From: Cetorhinus maximus
Lineage: Eukaryota
Direction: 5' to 3'
Assembly (NCBI RefSeq): GCF_964194155.1
Contig: NC_135893.1
Location: 19,778,001 to 19,842,000 of the forward strand
DNA: 64,000 nucleotides
How positions within the stretch are numbered: the first letter of the stretch is position 1; every line of letters begins with the position of its first letter. The translations under genes and the position numbers were made by a program. Shown in pieces: positions 10,472 through 23,220 of this stretch. Under the pieces are notes generated by a model. The model was not told where the DNA came from. It saw only the letters and a program-made list of their open reading frames with translations, and searched no databases.

Positions 10472-12934
10472 ATCTTCCGTGGGATCCCTGCCTCTGCTTG
10501 CTAGCTGGGAGCCATGCTAAGTTCTGACTCTTATTATCTTTCTCTGAGATGGGGACACTTGAGTCTGTGGTGCTAAGATGGATTTGTCTTTCTTTCTGGT
10601 GAGACCTTTTAACCCTTTTGCCAGCACAAAGACCCTGATTCAAACTTGGAACAGGATGTTTCCTGAGTGACTTAATTCAATTTCGTAGTTTGCACTACAA
10701 ATTTTAGATTGAGTAAAATCAAAGCTTGTGTTTGTGCGTGTCTGGCTCAATTATAACCCACTGAAAAATGAACAACACTAGTTCCCAGCTCGTTGTTCTG
10801 AGTGTTTTTGGTGTCCACACAAAGTGTATGTGAAGGGGATACTTTCTGCTCTGTAGACTTGACATTTTGGAGGAATGTGATGTAAGGGGGGGGGAGGTCA
10901 AATGAGATATATAATTTCCAAATGATTTGGGGAAATGCCCAAATTGATACCAGCCAGTTTCAATGAGACTGAGTCTGAGGGTGAACAGCAGGATTTTCAG
11001 TGGGATTGGAGATAAGGGTGCGGAATGGGATCTGAGTGTGTGTAGTGTGAGTCCATGACTGACTGACCCAGCACAGTTGCATGTTCCTTCAGCCTGACCT
11101 GATGGGATCCTGCTTTCTGCTGAGTTGAGATTCAGTCAAATTTCTCCAAACTCGACAATTCCAGACTCTGAAAGTATTTCCTGAAGCAAAACTTTGCTGG
11201 AAATTCTTTACAGAATGCAGTGGATGATCAGTTTAAGGTTTGATATAAACTGGGAAAGTAAACTCGTGCAGTTAACACGATGTCAACACAATCCCCAAGA
11301 CACATTTTGGTCTGTTCTCTGTAATGTGGATGAGCAGAGATTAGGAGCAGTGGGATATTACTCCAATTATTTTCTGCAGTAGGGAGTATTATGGACGCTG
11401 CGACCAATCATGCTCTTTAAATAGAGCATTGTGGGCCATAGATTAGAGATTTTTGACTGTGTTACAGGGAGAGTGGACCTTGTGTATATCCTTATGAAAG
11501 AATCAGACATAGAAAATCTAAAACATTGCACTTTGCCTTTTACTGAAAAAAAAATTGTGCTGTGAAATGGGTCAATAATTTGACAGAGTAGAAGGACTGT
11601 GTCAATGAGTTTACCAAGTGAGCTACCAAGACATACAGAGCAGCAGGTACCCACATTCAGGCTCCATCCCCTGGGATTCCTGTTCATGATTACCGATGCC
11701 TGAATAACAGAAGGTAACAGACTATGTCTCTGCATGTGATGCCCCAAAAGCTGAATAGCCCATCTTGCTACTGCCTCTTTTGATGCCTGAGCCTCATGTC
11801 ATTCACAAATGAATGGGCACTTGGATGAGTACCAGAGAGCAGCTGATGTTCATGTGGTGATATGGAACTATAATCTATCAATACCACTCCCTCCTCCCTG
11901 CCACAGCTTCACCCATATTGGAGAATCACTGTCTCTTTATACTCCTTTTGGTCAGTTTGCTGGGGGCTCTTGGGCTTGTTGTGAGTGTTTTTACCTGCTG
12001 TAGTCAGCTGTGAGTGAGTTTTTACTGATTTATTTATGGTGTGTGCTTGTGTGTGAATGTTCTGTGCGTCATATTCCCTGTATTTCACAGAGGTTTTCTC
12101 TGAGTGTCCAAGAAACGCAACTTGTGGCAAGAAGTTGTAAATAATCAGACAGACGAACGTGACATCCTAAACTCTCCATTACTGCACTAGTAAACCTTGC
12201 TCTAAAGTTGCTGTTGTTCTAGGGTGCAAATGGAGCTTTGTGGCTTTATAACCAGCCTCTTCTTTCACTTCTTAGTGAACCATGGAATAAAAGGCAATGT
12301 GTTTGCCCAAGAGCAGCTAATGGTTTCTGCCCAGCAGGTACATAGGGAAGTGCCATTGTGTTACTGGAAGGGCACCTTGAACTCTGTGAAATACAGATAC
12401 TTAATATTCACACTTCAGATCAGACTGGTTTAAACAAAATGTTTTATATTGCTGACCCTGTTTATTTAGCAGCAGCTGGTTAGATAGAAACAAACTAACC
12501 ATCAAACCAGCCTTGGGAATCATTTACAGGAGGGATGTTATTTTCACTTTTATTGTCTTCCACTTTAATGCCTAAGGATTGTTTACGATCAAGAATGGTG
12601 TTGGATCTTCATTCTGCCCAGCAGTATGTGGGCCTTGGTCCTCACATTGCCCACTCCTAGAGGCTCTAGTCCCAGGCTCCCTCTCTCCAGACCCTCGGCC
12701 TGTTTAGGCAGCTGCCAAGGGCAAATAACGCATGTCCCCCATCTTAAGGAAGAATCAGGTGGACAATTTCTTGCTCTCCTCCCTCTACTGTGCTCACTTG
12801 CACCAGTTTACAAAGCAGCATCCATGGAACCTGGGATCAGCTTGGCTAAACAATTCCTGGTTGTGGAATTGTGTGTGTTGGAAAATAACTTCCAATTAGA
12901 GTACAAAAGCAGACTGGAAATAATTGTTCATTTT

Positions 12935-13210
12935 TACTCCCCCGATTATTAATATCCAGTGTTACTTCCCTGATTATTACTGCCAAATGTTTAATCCCCT
13001 GATTGTTACCTTTTATTGTAATTTCCCTAAATATTGCTATCATATTTTGTTACTCTTCTGATTGCCCCGATTGTTAGTGCTATCCACTTTTACTGCCCTG
13101 ATGGTTTTTACCATTGACTGTTGCTGCTCTGAGTATTAGTACCAGCTATTATTGCTACCCTAATAATGTCATCCTTTGTTACTGCCCTGTTTTATTACTA
13201 CTTTGATCAT
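12935..13210. repeat. Degenerate AT-rich minisatellite (~14-15-bp units like TTACTGCCCTGATTA)
   Basis: Recurrent ttact..cctgatta/ttg words in tandem. Confidence 0.6.
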
Positions 13211-13376
13211 TTTTGCTGAGGGCTACAGTCAGGATAGTAAATGTTCCCTTGTCTGGTCTGATCTATTTTCTTGTTGGATCCCAGCTTGTGGCTTGGGTGA
13301 GTTGTTTTTTGCAGTCTGATAGTTTCACAAGTTTTCAAGTCTGTTGGTTACAGTTTTTTCTTTGTCAATTAAACAG

Positions 13377-13394
13377 GACATCATAAGAATTTGA
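13377..13394 (+). CDS. Possible alternative terminal micro-exon of the KIAA2013-like gene (DIIRI*)
   Basis: Donor AAG|GTATAA at 10465 overlaps the stop. Pyrimidine tract plus acceptor aaacag| at 13376 gives in-frame GAC ATC ATA AGA ATT TGA. AATAAA at 13530. Human KIAA2013 has an analogous short spliced C-terminus. Confidence 0.35.
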   Translation, partial: DIIRI

Positions 13395-14339
13395 TGAAAT
13401 GATTCTTGTCCCTTTTCATCATCATCTCGTGCGGCTGTTAACATCTGTAGGTTTAGAGGATTAGAAGGTGATGTGGCTATCAGCATCGGGTGAGACTGCA
13501 TCTACAAACAAATCCCTTTCCTTTTTTTTAATAAATAAAGGGCACTGCATTAATTTATTTGCTTTTAAAAAATGTGAAATTGAATTAGACACTGGATGTT
13601 AGACAACCTGCAGCAAAGCTCTTGCTTGTAGCCTTCGTATGGCTTTAATTGATCATAGCTGACATTGAACTGGGATTCCAGACAGAAATCTACCTGAAAA
13701 TCTTCAATGTTATCTCCAGTGAAAGTCGCTTCACGTTTTCCAGCATGATATGGGCTGTGCAGTTTCTTGCGATGAGTGAAAGAATCATTTTCTGAATTGG
13801 TCGTCTGACCTTTTCATTGCTAGATTCAAATTTGTCCTTCTTGGGAGAAAACTGTGGGAAATAGTTCTGATCAGAAGTGAATGTTATGGGGTGAAATTGC
13901 TGGGTGATTTTCTGTTAACAGTTTGAAATAAACACCATCATTGTGACAAATGACTCCTTCAGTTATAGATTCATTGAGAACTGGTGGCATAGCCTATGTT
14001 TGTGGCTTTTTTTGCAAATTTTCATGAACGGGATTACCAGCAATGGTAGCTTTTAAATATGATATCTTGTACTTTTCAGTGTTAAATACATATTTCAGTG
14101 AGTGATGCTGGAGAAAGTTTCCAGGTGCTATTTTCTGTTGTCACATCCCAACTGAATCTGTGGCTCTCAGTTTAGTGTCTGTGTGAGAATTTCTCAAGCA
14201 CAATGACCAAAGCTACCTGCACTATTTCTATAACCTCAAAATATTGGTTTAAACTCACTATCCTATTTCATTTTAACCACTATTGTGGCATTGCTACCAT
14301 TTATGAACATTGAAAGGGCCACTCCTGGTTCCTCAATAG

Positions 14340-14680
14340 CTGAAGCCATTAATCAAAGGTGCTGGGTTCAATCCCCAGTCCACCCTGAGTCAGCTTACCT
14401 TGGTTAGGGTACTTGCTCAGAGGCAGCTGGAGTTGGGTTTTGTATCCTTGGGTTAGGGAGGAGAGAATGAGCCAAGGTCTCTGCTCCTGATTAGTACTGA
14501 GTACCTCCTGTCAGACAACATTAGTATTTGGATGTTGGGTAAGGTCAGGATCAGCTGTGAATAAACTTGTCAACACTCAACGTAAACTCATTGTGAATAA
14601 TGGCACATGTGTGAGGTAACAGAGGATGTCCAACTCTCATTGTCCTGTAACCCAGTGATTTAGTCAGCACCCATGGATCT
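14340..14680 (+). mobile_element. Old tRNA-headed SINE-like element; internal segment homologous to the 51-bp minisatellite unit
   Basis: B-box-like GGTTCAATCCC ~14365. ggttagggaggagagaatgagccaaggtctctgctcctgat (14451-14491) aligns with ggttagagagaggggaaatcagccaggcttcctgctcctgat (799-840). Confidence 0.5.
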
Positions 14681-14894
14681 GCACACCAGTGAAGAGTCAG
14701 CAAGATGGGAGAGAGGCAGATTTACTCGATTTATCCTGTAATAACCTGGGAGAATTTGAGAGATATAGCACAGATTCACTGAATGATGCCTGGTATACAT
14801 GTGTGTCTTGTTCTTGCGTTCTCTGTTCAAAGGCAGGTCCTTGGCGATTATTCACCAAACCAGACAAAGTGCTGTGATTTTTTTTACTACGGAT

Positions 14895-15000
14895 AGGGCG
14901 AGGAAGAAGGCCCTGAGTCTGCTTCAGCCGGAACAGGGATCGAACCCCATGATGTTGGCGTTAATCTGATCCAGACGCCAGCCATCTAGCTAACTGGCCC
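14895..15000 (-). mobile_element. tRNA-derived SINE head fragment
   Basis: - strand GGCCAGTTAGCTAGATGG (A-box-like) ... GGGTTCGATCCC (B box); no complete cloverleaf. Confidence 0.5.
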
Positions 15001-15989
15001 TCCGTATAACATATATGCATAAATCTAAACTCTCAACATCTTTCCTATAGTGTGGAGTCCAAAACATCTCTGTCTCCAACTGGTTTTACTGAGGTTTTAT
15101 ATGGAATCATTATTACATCCTGTCTTTTACATTCTATACCACTTACCATTAAACCTAATATTGCATTAGCTTTTCATGACCTTATCCACTTGTGCCATTT
15201 TTAATGCTATGAACCTGAATCCTCGAATCCATCTGCACTTCCATATCATCCAACCTTTCCCCAAAGTATAATTGTTACTTTTATTTTAACCAAAATATAC
15301 CACCTTACATTTACTGCTATCAAATTCCGAATGCCACAGTTTTTGCCCATTTCAACATCTGACCTGTTACAGATAATTTTCAAACCTGATGGGCTGTGTG
15401 AGACAGGATTAAAACTGTCACCACAAAACATTAAAAGCATTAAACACAGTGAGTTAGGAGTGGGTTAAGAATGAAGGTTATCTGAAGCTGGGTTACATGA
15501 TTTTCTTTGACTCTATTATCTATCTCTTTGTAATGAAAGCTAAATCAAGTCTAATGAATAATTAAAAGTACCAGAATTGAGAGGAAGGTACGTAATGTGA
15601 TGAAACGCCTGGGAGAGTGGGAGATTTTATAAACGCAAAATTGAATCAAAAAATCATTCACACAAACATGTTCCTGAGAAACTAGTTCAACGTGCTGTGG
15701 TTTTGAGAGCAGACGGTACAGAATGAGAAGAACGTGTCAGAATCCGAGTGCACAGACTACAGCCTTGTTGAGACCACCAGCAGGCAGGATCGCTCTGCGC
15801 TGACCAAATGACACTCCGACTCCATGCTGGCTCGACACCTGTTGCACGCTGGTTCTGTGACAGCTCCACATCGATTGGAACTGTCACATTTTAAACAGTT
15901 GTCAGTAATGACCATGCCACAGCATTTCTCCCTGGACTCACAACTGAAAGAAACTCTTATACAAAGAATAAATGTTAAAAATAATCCGA

Positions 15990-16322
15990 GCAGTCTGGAC
16001 AGAGTAGTTTGGGAAAAACTGTTTCATTTGCTGGAAGGATCGAGAACAAGAGGGCACAGATTTAAGGCAATTGGCAAAAGAAGCAGAGACATGAGGAAAA
16101 TCATTTTCACGCTGTGCGTGGTTTGCATCTGGGATGCACTGCTTGACTGTGCTGGAGGAAGGTTCAATTGAGGCATTTAAGAGGGAATTATATTGTTATC
16201 TGAAGAGGAAGAATGTGAGTGTTATAGAAAGAAGGCCAGAGAGTGGCTCTGGGTAAATGGCTCCAGATAGCTGGCACAGACACGATGGGCTGAATGGCCT
16301 CCTCTGCTGTAACCATTCTGTG
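15990..16322 (+). mobile_element. CR1 LINE 3' end fragment
   Basis: RTRGHRFK-type RT C-terminus and CR1 tail gatgggctgaatggcctcct...attctgtga. Confidence 0.8.
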
Positions 16323-17821
16323 ACACTCCTTTTTCACATTTGAGCAGCAGGGATTTATCCTGCCCTGTTTCCATAAAATTCATACACAAAACCTCATGAG
16401 CAAGGTTAGCAGGTTTGTGCTGAGTGTGAACTGGGAACCAGGAATCGTACAAAGCATATATGCAGGAGGAAGCAGCCCACTGTCAGCGTGAGGCACAACT
16501 GTCAGGGTCAGAGCGACTGTCACCGTGTGAAGGTTCACCATTGCAGTGTCACTGTGTCCCCATGTGACCAGCCGTAAAGGAAGCCTGGGTTGAACTGTTA
16601 GGTAATGGGCTTTTACAAATTTTATGAATAAAGTATATTTTGTGGGAGAGACAGCCAATCCAATATCAGCCTATTTCATGTTACTCGGGTAATCTATTTC
16701 ATTTCCATGAATGTGACCATAAAGCAACAGTGTCTCCATTGGTTTCTTTCATATGAATCACACAGTTAATCCATTCTCCTGCTCTCTCCCTGAACCCTTT
16801 AATATTCCTTATTGTCAGGCAACAATCCTATTCCCATTTAAAGGAATTTATGGACTCTGCTTTAACAAGGATTTGTGGCAAAGAATCCCACATTCTAACC
16901 ACCCTCTGTGCTTTTTAATTTCCTCTTTAATTCTTTCAATTTCTGTTCCCTCGTTATCATCTCACCAATCGGTGGAAATAATCTCTTGCTGTTCTCTTGA
17001 TAACCCTCACTCAGATCACACCTAAACAAACTTCTCAAGCTTCACTTTATTACTGTGACTCCCCATCCCTGGCAATATCCCAGTAACTCTCCACTGCTCC
17101 TTGTCTTTACATCCTGCCTCTAATGTGAGCCCAAAGTGAGTACAATATTCTAGCTGGGCTGCAACTGAGGTCATACAAATTGTAGGGGGATTTTTGGCTG
17201 TCTCAGTGGCAGGGGAGCTGCTTAACTGAGTACTCAGGTGTTGTGTATAAGAGCAACTGATGGAATTAGGCAATTGGACTCCATTAGATTTCCCTGTGCT
17301 GCAGCACATTGCCTAGTCTGAATATGAGTAGGTCTCAGCTGGGCTATCTCTTCCCCAACCTCTCCATTTCCGAACATCAAAAGGGCCTCTAGTAAAGTAC
17401 TGCATCGTTAGAACAAACAAGCTGATCTCCAATTGCACAGCAGTATGAATATTCAATTCCAATTACAAACAGATCGGGAATGAGGCAGTGGATGGGTCAC
17501 TGCATAAAACAGAATTAATTAAGTGGTCCACTTTGTGGATTTAATCGATAAGAGCACAAGTTCAGCAAAGAACCTTGCTGTGTTTAGTACACACAGCTGA
17601 AAGGACAAACTACTCCCATATTCCAAGTTTTTGCTGTAACAAGCAGCTCCTTCCCACCACTTGTTGAAAACTGGGTGCATTTGCAGTACAGAGCTAGGAT
17701 TGGTGTTTCAATCCCAATTTCAAGTTTGGCTCCTATTACAGGTTAACACTTAACTTTAGAATAGTTATGAATGCTCTCTCAACTGGCCTCTCACCATGCA
17801 CCCTCCATAAACTTGCATACG

Positions 17822-18088
17822 AGGTAGGCCATTTAGGATCAAGTTGAGGATGAATTTCTTCAGTCAGAGGGTGGTGAATCTTTGGAATTCTCTATCCCAG
17901 ACTGTAGAGGCTCCATCATTGAGTATGTTCAAAGCAGAGGTTGATAAAGTTCTAGATACCAATGACATCAAGGGATACAGAGAGTGTGGGAAGATGGCAT
18001 GAGGTAGAAGATCAGCCATAATCCAGTTAAATGACACAGCAGGCTCGAGGGGTTGAATTACCTATTCCTGCTCCTATGTCTTTATGTT
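17822..18088 (+). mobile_element. CR1 LINE 3' end nested in a short L2 fragment
   Basis: ttcttcagtcagagggtggtgaatctttggaattctct ... cctattcctgctcctatgtctttatgttc tail. Confidence 0.8.
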
Positions 18089-19117
18089 CATCCAAAACTG
18101 CCGACTGTATCTTATATTTTACCTAAGGTAGTTTGAGATGTTCCATGTGATAGGCATTCCATAAATAGAAGCATTATTTATAACATATGTATATTAAGTT
18201 AATTGTGTTACCTCCTGATAATTAGCTATTGTCAGTCCTTAAAATTGCATGAATTGTAAAACACCTGTTAACCATTCTCCACTGAAATAATCGGAATTGT
18301 TCAGGTGTGTTGCATCTCAGTCTTTGCTGTTCCCTTGATAACCCTCACTCAGATCATTCCTAACTAAACTTCTCAAGCGTCATTTTATTACTGTGACTCC
18401 CCATCTCTGGCAATATCCCAGTAGATCTCCACTGCTCCTTGTCTTTACTAAAATAATTCCAGAAGTGAATATAATAATTGCATAGGATTCAACATATGTT
18501 TGTATGTATGCATCTTACAAGTATGTAACTTATTTCTAGGATTTAGATTGCTGTGACAAGATAGTGTTTTGCCAATAGCATATTATCCTTTACCTATCTT
18601 ATTATGGTACCTCAAGGGTTAAAAGTAAGTTCATTTTAATAAAAAAGCAGAATCTGTTCAATAACCAACAGTCCAAGCAACACATCCCATGTCAGTGAGG
18701 ATTATTAATCTGTAACAACTTCAACTATTTACCTGCTGGAATTTTTCACTGATTTTATTCCAAAAAGACAATTGGATGGTTTCGCTAACCATTAAATAAC
18801 TTTTTGATCAGGTGCACCTAATGATATATTTTCCCAGTGGAATGTTCACTTGCAGTCTTTAGAATTTAGGCAGTGTCCTAAGTTACTCAGGCTGCCAGCA
18901 CCTCTGGTACCTTGTTGGCATCTGTCATCTTGACGGAGTCTGTAGAAATACATGTCAAATTTTCTTTGTTCTCTAGTTGAACATCAAAGGAGTTAGAAAG
19001 TATATCTCAAGTATGCTTGTCTTAACGTAGGTGTCATGACAGACAGTGCCGCATGCCATTAATTGCCTGGATGGAGAAAATCATTGGCCATTGTGTTACT
19101 GAGGAAGAGATTAGGGA

Positions 19118-19776
19118 ACATAGAATTTAGGAGCAGGAATAGGCCATTCAGCCCTTTGAGCCTGCTCTGCCATTTAATAAGATCATGCTGATCTTATAGT
19201 GGATCATGGCTGATCTGATAGTGGTCTCAACTCCACTTTCCTGTCTATCCCCCCCATAACCCTTGACTCCTTTGTCTATAAAATATCTGTATAACTCTGC
19301 CTTGAATAAATTCAATGACCCAGCCTCCATTGCTCTCTGGGCAAGAGAATTCCACAGACTAACAACACTGAGAGAAAAAAATTCTCCTCATCTCCATCTT
19401 AAAAGGGGGACTACTTATTTTAAAACTGTCCCTGAGTTCTAGACTCCCCTGCAACAGGAAACATCTTCCTCATATCCGCCTTATCAAGTCCCCTCAGGAT
19501 CTAATATGTTTCAATAAGATCACCTCTCATTCTTCTAAACTCCAAAGGGTACAGGCCCAACCAGTTTAACCTTTCTTCATAAGATAAGTCCCTCATTACA
19601 TGAATGAGTCTGGTGAACCTTCTCTGAACTGCTTCTAAAGCAATTATATCCTTTTTCAAAGGAGACCAAACCTGTACAAGGTATTCCAGAAGTGGTCTCA
19701 CCAAGATCCTGTACAGCTGCAGTAAAACTTCCCTACTTTTGTATTCCATTCCCCTTGCAACAAACAACATTCCATC
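19118..19776 (-). mobile_element. CR1 LINE 3' fragment (RT C-terminus)
   Basis: ORF text YKSREVLLQLYRILVRPLLEY..VWSP..LEAVQRRFTRLI..LSYEERL..LGL..LEFRRMRGDLIETY plus CR1 tail. Confidence 0.9.
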
Positions 19777-19829
19777 CCAGGGTGTATTTACAGCATGGAG
19801 ACAGGGAATACACATTAAAGCCCCCCACA

Positions 19830-20107
19830 ATTCTCGGGGCAGTGGCACAAAACAGGCGGTATCGATCGGCCGCCCGTTTTACGCACCGCCTGAAATTCTG
19901 TTCCATTGCAGTCAACGGAATGAAATATCAGGCGCTGCGTTTAACAGGTGACCGAACAGATACCAACCTGAAGGGTCATGAGGACTCGAAACGTCAACTC
20001 TTTTCTTCTCCGCCGATGCTGCCAGACCTGCTGAGTTTTTCCAGATAATTCTGTTTTTGTTACCGAACAGATACCGCTCGTTTCGCGCCATCGCCCGAGA
20101 CCAATTT
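19830..20107. mobile_element. Palindromic (foldback) MITE-like element interrupted by a Penelope mini-insertion
   Basis: Left arm ctcggggcagtggcacaaaacaggcggtatc...cgcaccgcctga is the reverse complement of right arm tcaggcgctgcg...gataccgctcgtttcgcgccatcgcccgag. Central TTCCATTGcagTCAACGGAA. Confidence 0.6.
19965..20061 (+). mobile_element. ~97-bp Penelope terminal insertion with hammerhead-like motif and perfect 14-bp TSD
   Basis: TSD ACCGAACAGATACC at 19951-19964 and 20062-20075. Insert contains GA-A-GGGTC-ATGAG-GACTC-GAAAC-GTC-AACT (stem II, GAAA, GUC triplet; the 5' CUGANGA is truncated). Confidence 0.85.
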
Positions 20108-20319
20108 CTTAGAAAACGACCAATGGATTTCTCTTGGGGTTCTCTTCCTAGGCTGCTAGCAAAACCCAGAGACAGATCACCGATAAAATTAGACTGGACC
20201 GGCACACATGGGACTAAACACAAGGATATCCCGGGTAAGAGGTAACTAGTTTCAGGACCTGGGCCAGTTATCATTTACTGAAAAGAACAGAAATAGTTTT
20301 CTTACCAAAACAATAGTTG

Positions 20320-20809
20320 AGTGAGCAAATCACGTCACGTAGCAGTTTCTAGACGAATATTGGTTTACATTCGCTGGGATTCTCCGAAGCTGGGGAATGA
20401 GAGGGGGTCGAGTGGGGGGAGTAAGAGACTGGAGGTTGGTTTGTGAAAACTGCTGCACCGGAAGGGTTGCAGAATGAAGATGTTTCCATCTCTCCCTTTC
20501 TTGATGACTTCATTGTCGTTCTCTTTAATTTCTCTGCCTTGAATATCCTTCCATTCTCACCGTCTCCACATCCTCTTCGCTGACCCGCCTTATTTAAGTA
20601 TCCAGGACCCCTGGCTTTCCGCCACACACCCGCCACAGAGCCAGGTTTTCCCTGTGGCTGTTCCAAGTTCCCGCGGCCGTCCTGCTATCAGATTCCCTTC
20701 CCGGGATTTGACGGAGCGGAAGAGAATCGGACGGGGCTGTCGGTGGATTTTGGGGTTGGATAAAGCCTCCTCTCTTTATGGGTTGAGTCTCTCTCTCTGT
20801 GCTTTGCTG
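20320..20809 (+). promoter_or_regulatory. CpG-rich promoter/5'UTR of the guanylyl cyclase gene
   Basis: CACGTCACGT ~20331, TATTTAA ~20591, CpG-rich sequence leading to the ATG at 20810. Minimal uORF ATGGGTTGA at 20778-20786. Confidence 0.45.
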
Positions 20810-20982
20810 ATGTCTGCAGCCGGCGAGAGGAATAAGGATGGTTTCTCCTCGGGAGTTCAACCCTCCTCCTCGAATAAAGGAAAGTTCATCACCATCCGTG
20901 GTCGGAAAGTGAAACGGCCGCAAAAGCCGGGAGAAGCAGACTGGAAGGATTCGGCCTCGGACTCGCTCTGTGACATTTACAG
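20810..20982 (+). CDS. NIT-domain-type transmembrane guanylyl cyclase, exon 1; full model join(20810..20982,23679..24822,29868..30002,34804..34978,40460..40558,41178..41269,42100..42237,44392..44751) = 771 aa
   Basis: MSAAGERNKDG...SLCDIY then TAC AG|GTAAAC (phase 2), which joins ttgcag|G TGT at 23679 in frame with the large exon-2 ORF. Basic cytoplasmic N-terminus, no signal peptide. Confidence 0.7.
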
Positions 20983-22471
20983 GTAAACAGATCCAGTTCC
21001 ATAGGCTGTGATACAGCACCGCACTGTCCCAGTACAGGCCACGCCAATCTATAACCGGTGCCTATGGTCAGAACTGATGAGTTTTAACGGAAATTTAAAA
21101 AAGAAAATGCTGGAAGTACTCAGCAGGTCGGGCTTCTGATGTAAGGTCATCGAGCTGAAAGGTTAACTTTCCTTCTCCGCAGATGCTTCCTGACCTGTGG
21201 AGTGTTTGCAACATTTTCTCTTTTTTATTTCAGGTTTCCAGTTGTATTTTGATTATGTTTCAGTTTTAACTAAATCTCGATATCCACGGTTCCGAACACT
21301 AACGAGCAGAGCAGAGGCAACAGTTAAACTTTTACAACATTTAATGGGATTGTATCAATTCACTGGAACACTCCAGTGCGATCACAAATCGAAATTAGTG
21401 TATAAATCTGGGAGCACCGGGAACGAAATGAGAAGCGGAGTGACATGTCGACGGCTTCGGTTACCGACACAGAGCGAGCATCGGTGTGAAATCGGATCAA
21501 CGCCCAGAAACGGGCACCGAGGACCGAGGCTTCTGGTGGGGACAATGTGTGTTGTACCGAACACCCCCAGAGAATCTACCTGCACAGATTCCGTTCATTA
21601 ACGGACTAAACCGACCCGGGCCTGGGGCCCGCTAGAAATAAACCCGGCAGCAACCAGTATTGGCCAGATAACAGATTACATCGCGTCACTCAATCAAACC
21701 GAATATAAAATATCGAAATCTGCAAATGTCAAACTAGGGATTGTAGAAATTGGCGGAAAGACTAAAGAGATGAAAGGGCTGAGGGAGAGACGGTCTATGT
21801 GAAAATCTTGAATGCACGAAACCGTTCCTGGGTATTTCAATACTTCAGAGAGAATTACTTCTTTCCAGTTGAAATAAAAACAATTTGTCAGCGCCATAAA
21901 AAAACCGGTAAGGTGTAGTTTTAAACAGCACCGAGAACGATCGGGGTAATGAGGGCAATTCATTACAATTTGGTCCCAGGTCTGAGAGAGAGGAAAAAAC
22001 CCAAAATATTCAATTACAGGTCAATTTTATTCACAGGGTTCTGAAATGAACGAACGAGTCCACAATTCCCCTGTGAAACCTAACGGAACCGGAGTGAGTG
22101 CCACTCTCCCGCCGAATCTTCGCTTAATCCAAATCAGAAACTGCAATGGGATTCTTGTTTTGAAAAAAAATACCAGAAATCATTTAAAACGATCTCGGTT
22201 CTGTTTATATATAGACAGACACAAAGAGAGACCCGCGCAGGTAGATCTTGACTTCACCCAATTGTGTAAAACGGGTCAACAGTGAGTCGGCAGCCCGCTT
22301 TATATCCCATCTATTTTTCTATTGAAGTCGATGAGAGAGGTGAAGTGGGCTTCGAACTCGCTCTGACACCTTGTCCACTAGCCCTCAAAGTCAAAACTTC
22401 CCTGTAACAATGAGAGCGAGACGTAGATGCACAATAATTCAGAGAGAGCAGTTAGTATGATGCAGATACAT

Positions 22472-23220
22472 TGGAACAAGAGTAGGCCATTTCGGCCCTC
22501 GAATCTGTTCCATTCAATGAGATGGTGGCTGATCTGGGAGCTATACCCGCCTTTGCTCCCTTGATATCTTTGGTTAACAAAAATCTATTAATCTCAGATT
22601 TAAAATGAATAATTGATTTAGCATCTATTGTTGTTAGTTGAGGAGGGTTTAAAACTTCTACCCTCCTTTGTATGTGGAAGTGTTTCCTAATTTCACTCCT
22701 GACAGGTCTGGTGTTAATTTTAGATTATGGCCTTAGTCCCAGATTTACCAAACAACGGAATAAGCTTCTAACTACTCAGTCTTTTCACCATAATATTTTG
22801 AAAACTTTGATCATATTACCCATTAACCGTCTAAATTCGGTTGTAAATACAACTTTGATTTGTGTAATCTCTCCTTGCAATATAACCTTTAATTCCAGAT
22901 ATAATTTTGATAAATCTATACTGCACTCCCTCCAAGACCTGTATATCCTTCCTAAAGCGTGGTGCCCAAAAATGCCGCAGGACGCTAGGGCTAACCAGGG
23001 TTGTGTATAGTGGAACATACTTCTTCCCCATTCCAATCCACTAAGTGTAAAAGTCAACATTCCATTAGCCCTTTTAAAATGATTTTCTGTACCTGTTGAT
23101 GGTATCTTAATGCTCTATGTACATGGGCCCACCGCACCACCCCCCCCCCCCCCCCCCGCCCCCCTCTCCAAAAGGTTTATTTGGACCTCTGCTGATCTAG
23201 CCTTTCACCATTTAGAAAGT
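22472..23220 (-). mobile_element. CR1 LINE 3' fragment
   Basis: LYTTLVSP...FWAPRFRKDIQVLEGVQYRF and FRRLMGNMIKVFKI RT C-terminal text plus CR1 tail. Confidence 0.85.

Noticed and set aside
14895-15000. Functional tRNA gene (also heads at ~38840-38928 and ~63850-63925)
   Set aside because: A/B boxes are present, but there is no complete cloverleaf and each continues into SINE/LINE body sequence.
10472-20300. Natriuretic peptide gene expected from human KIAA2013-NPPB synteny
   Set aside because: No CFG...DRIG...LGC ring motif found in the ORF track or by eye; small exons could have been missed.
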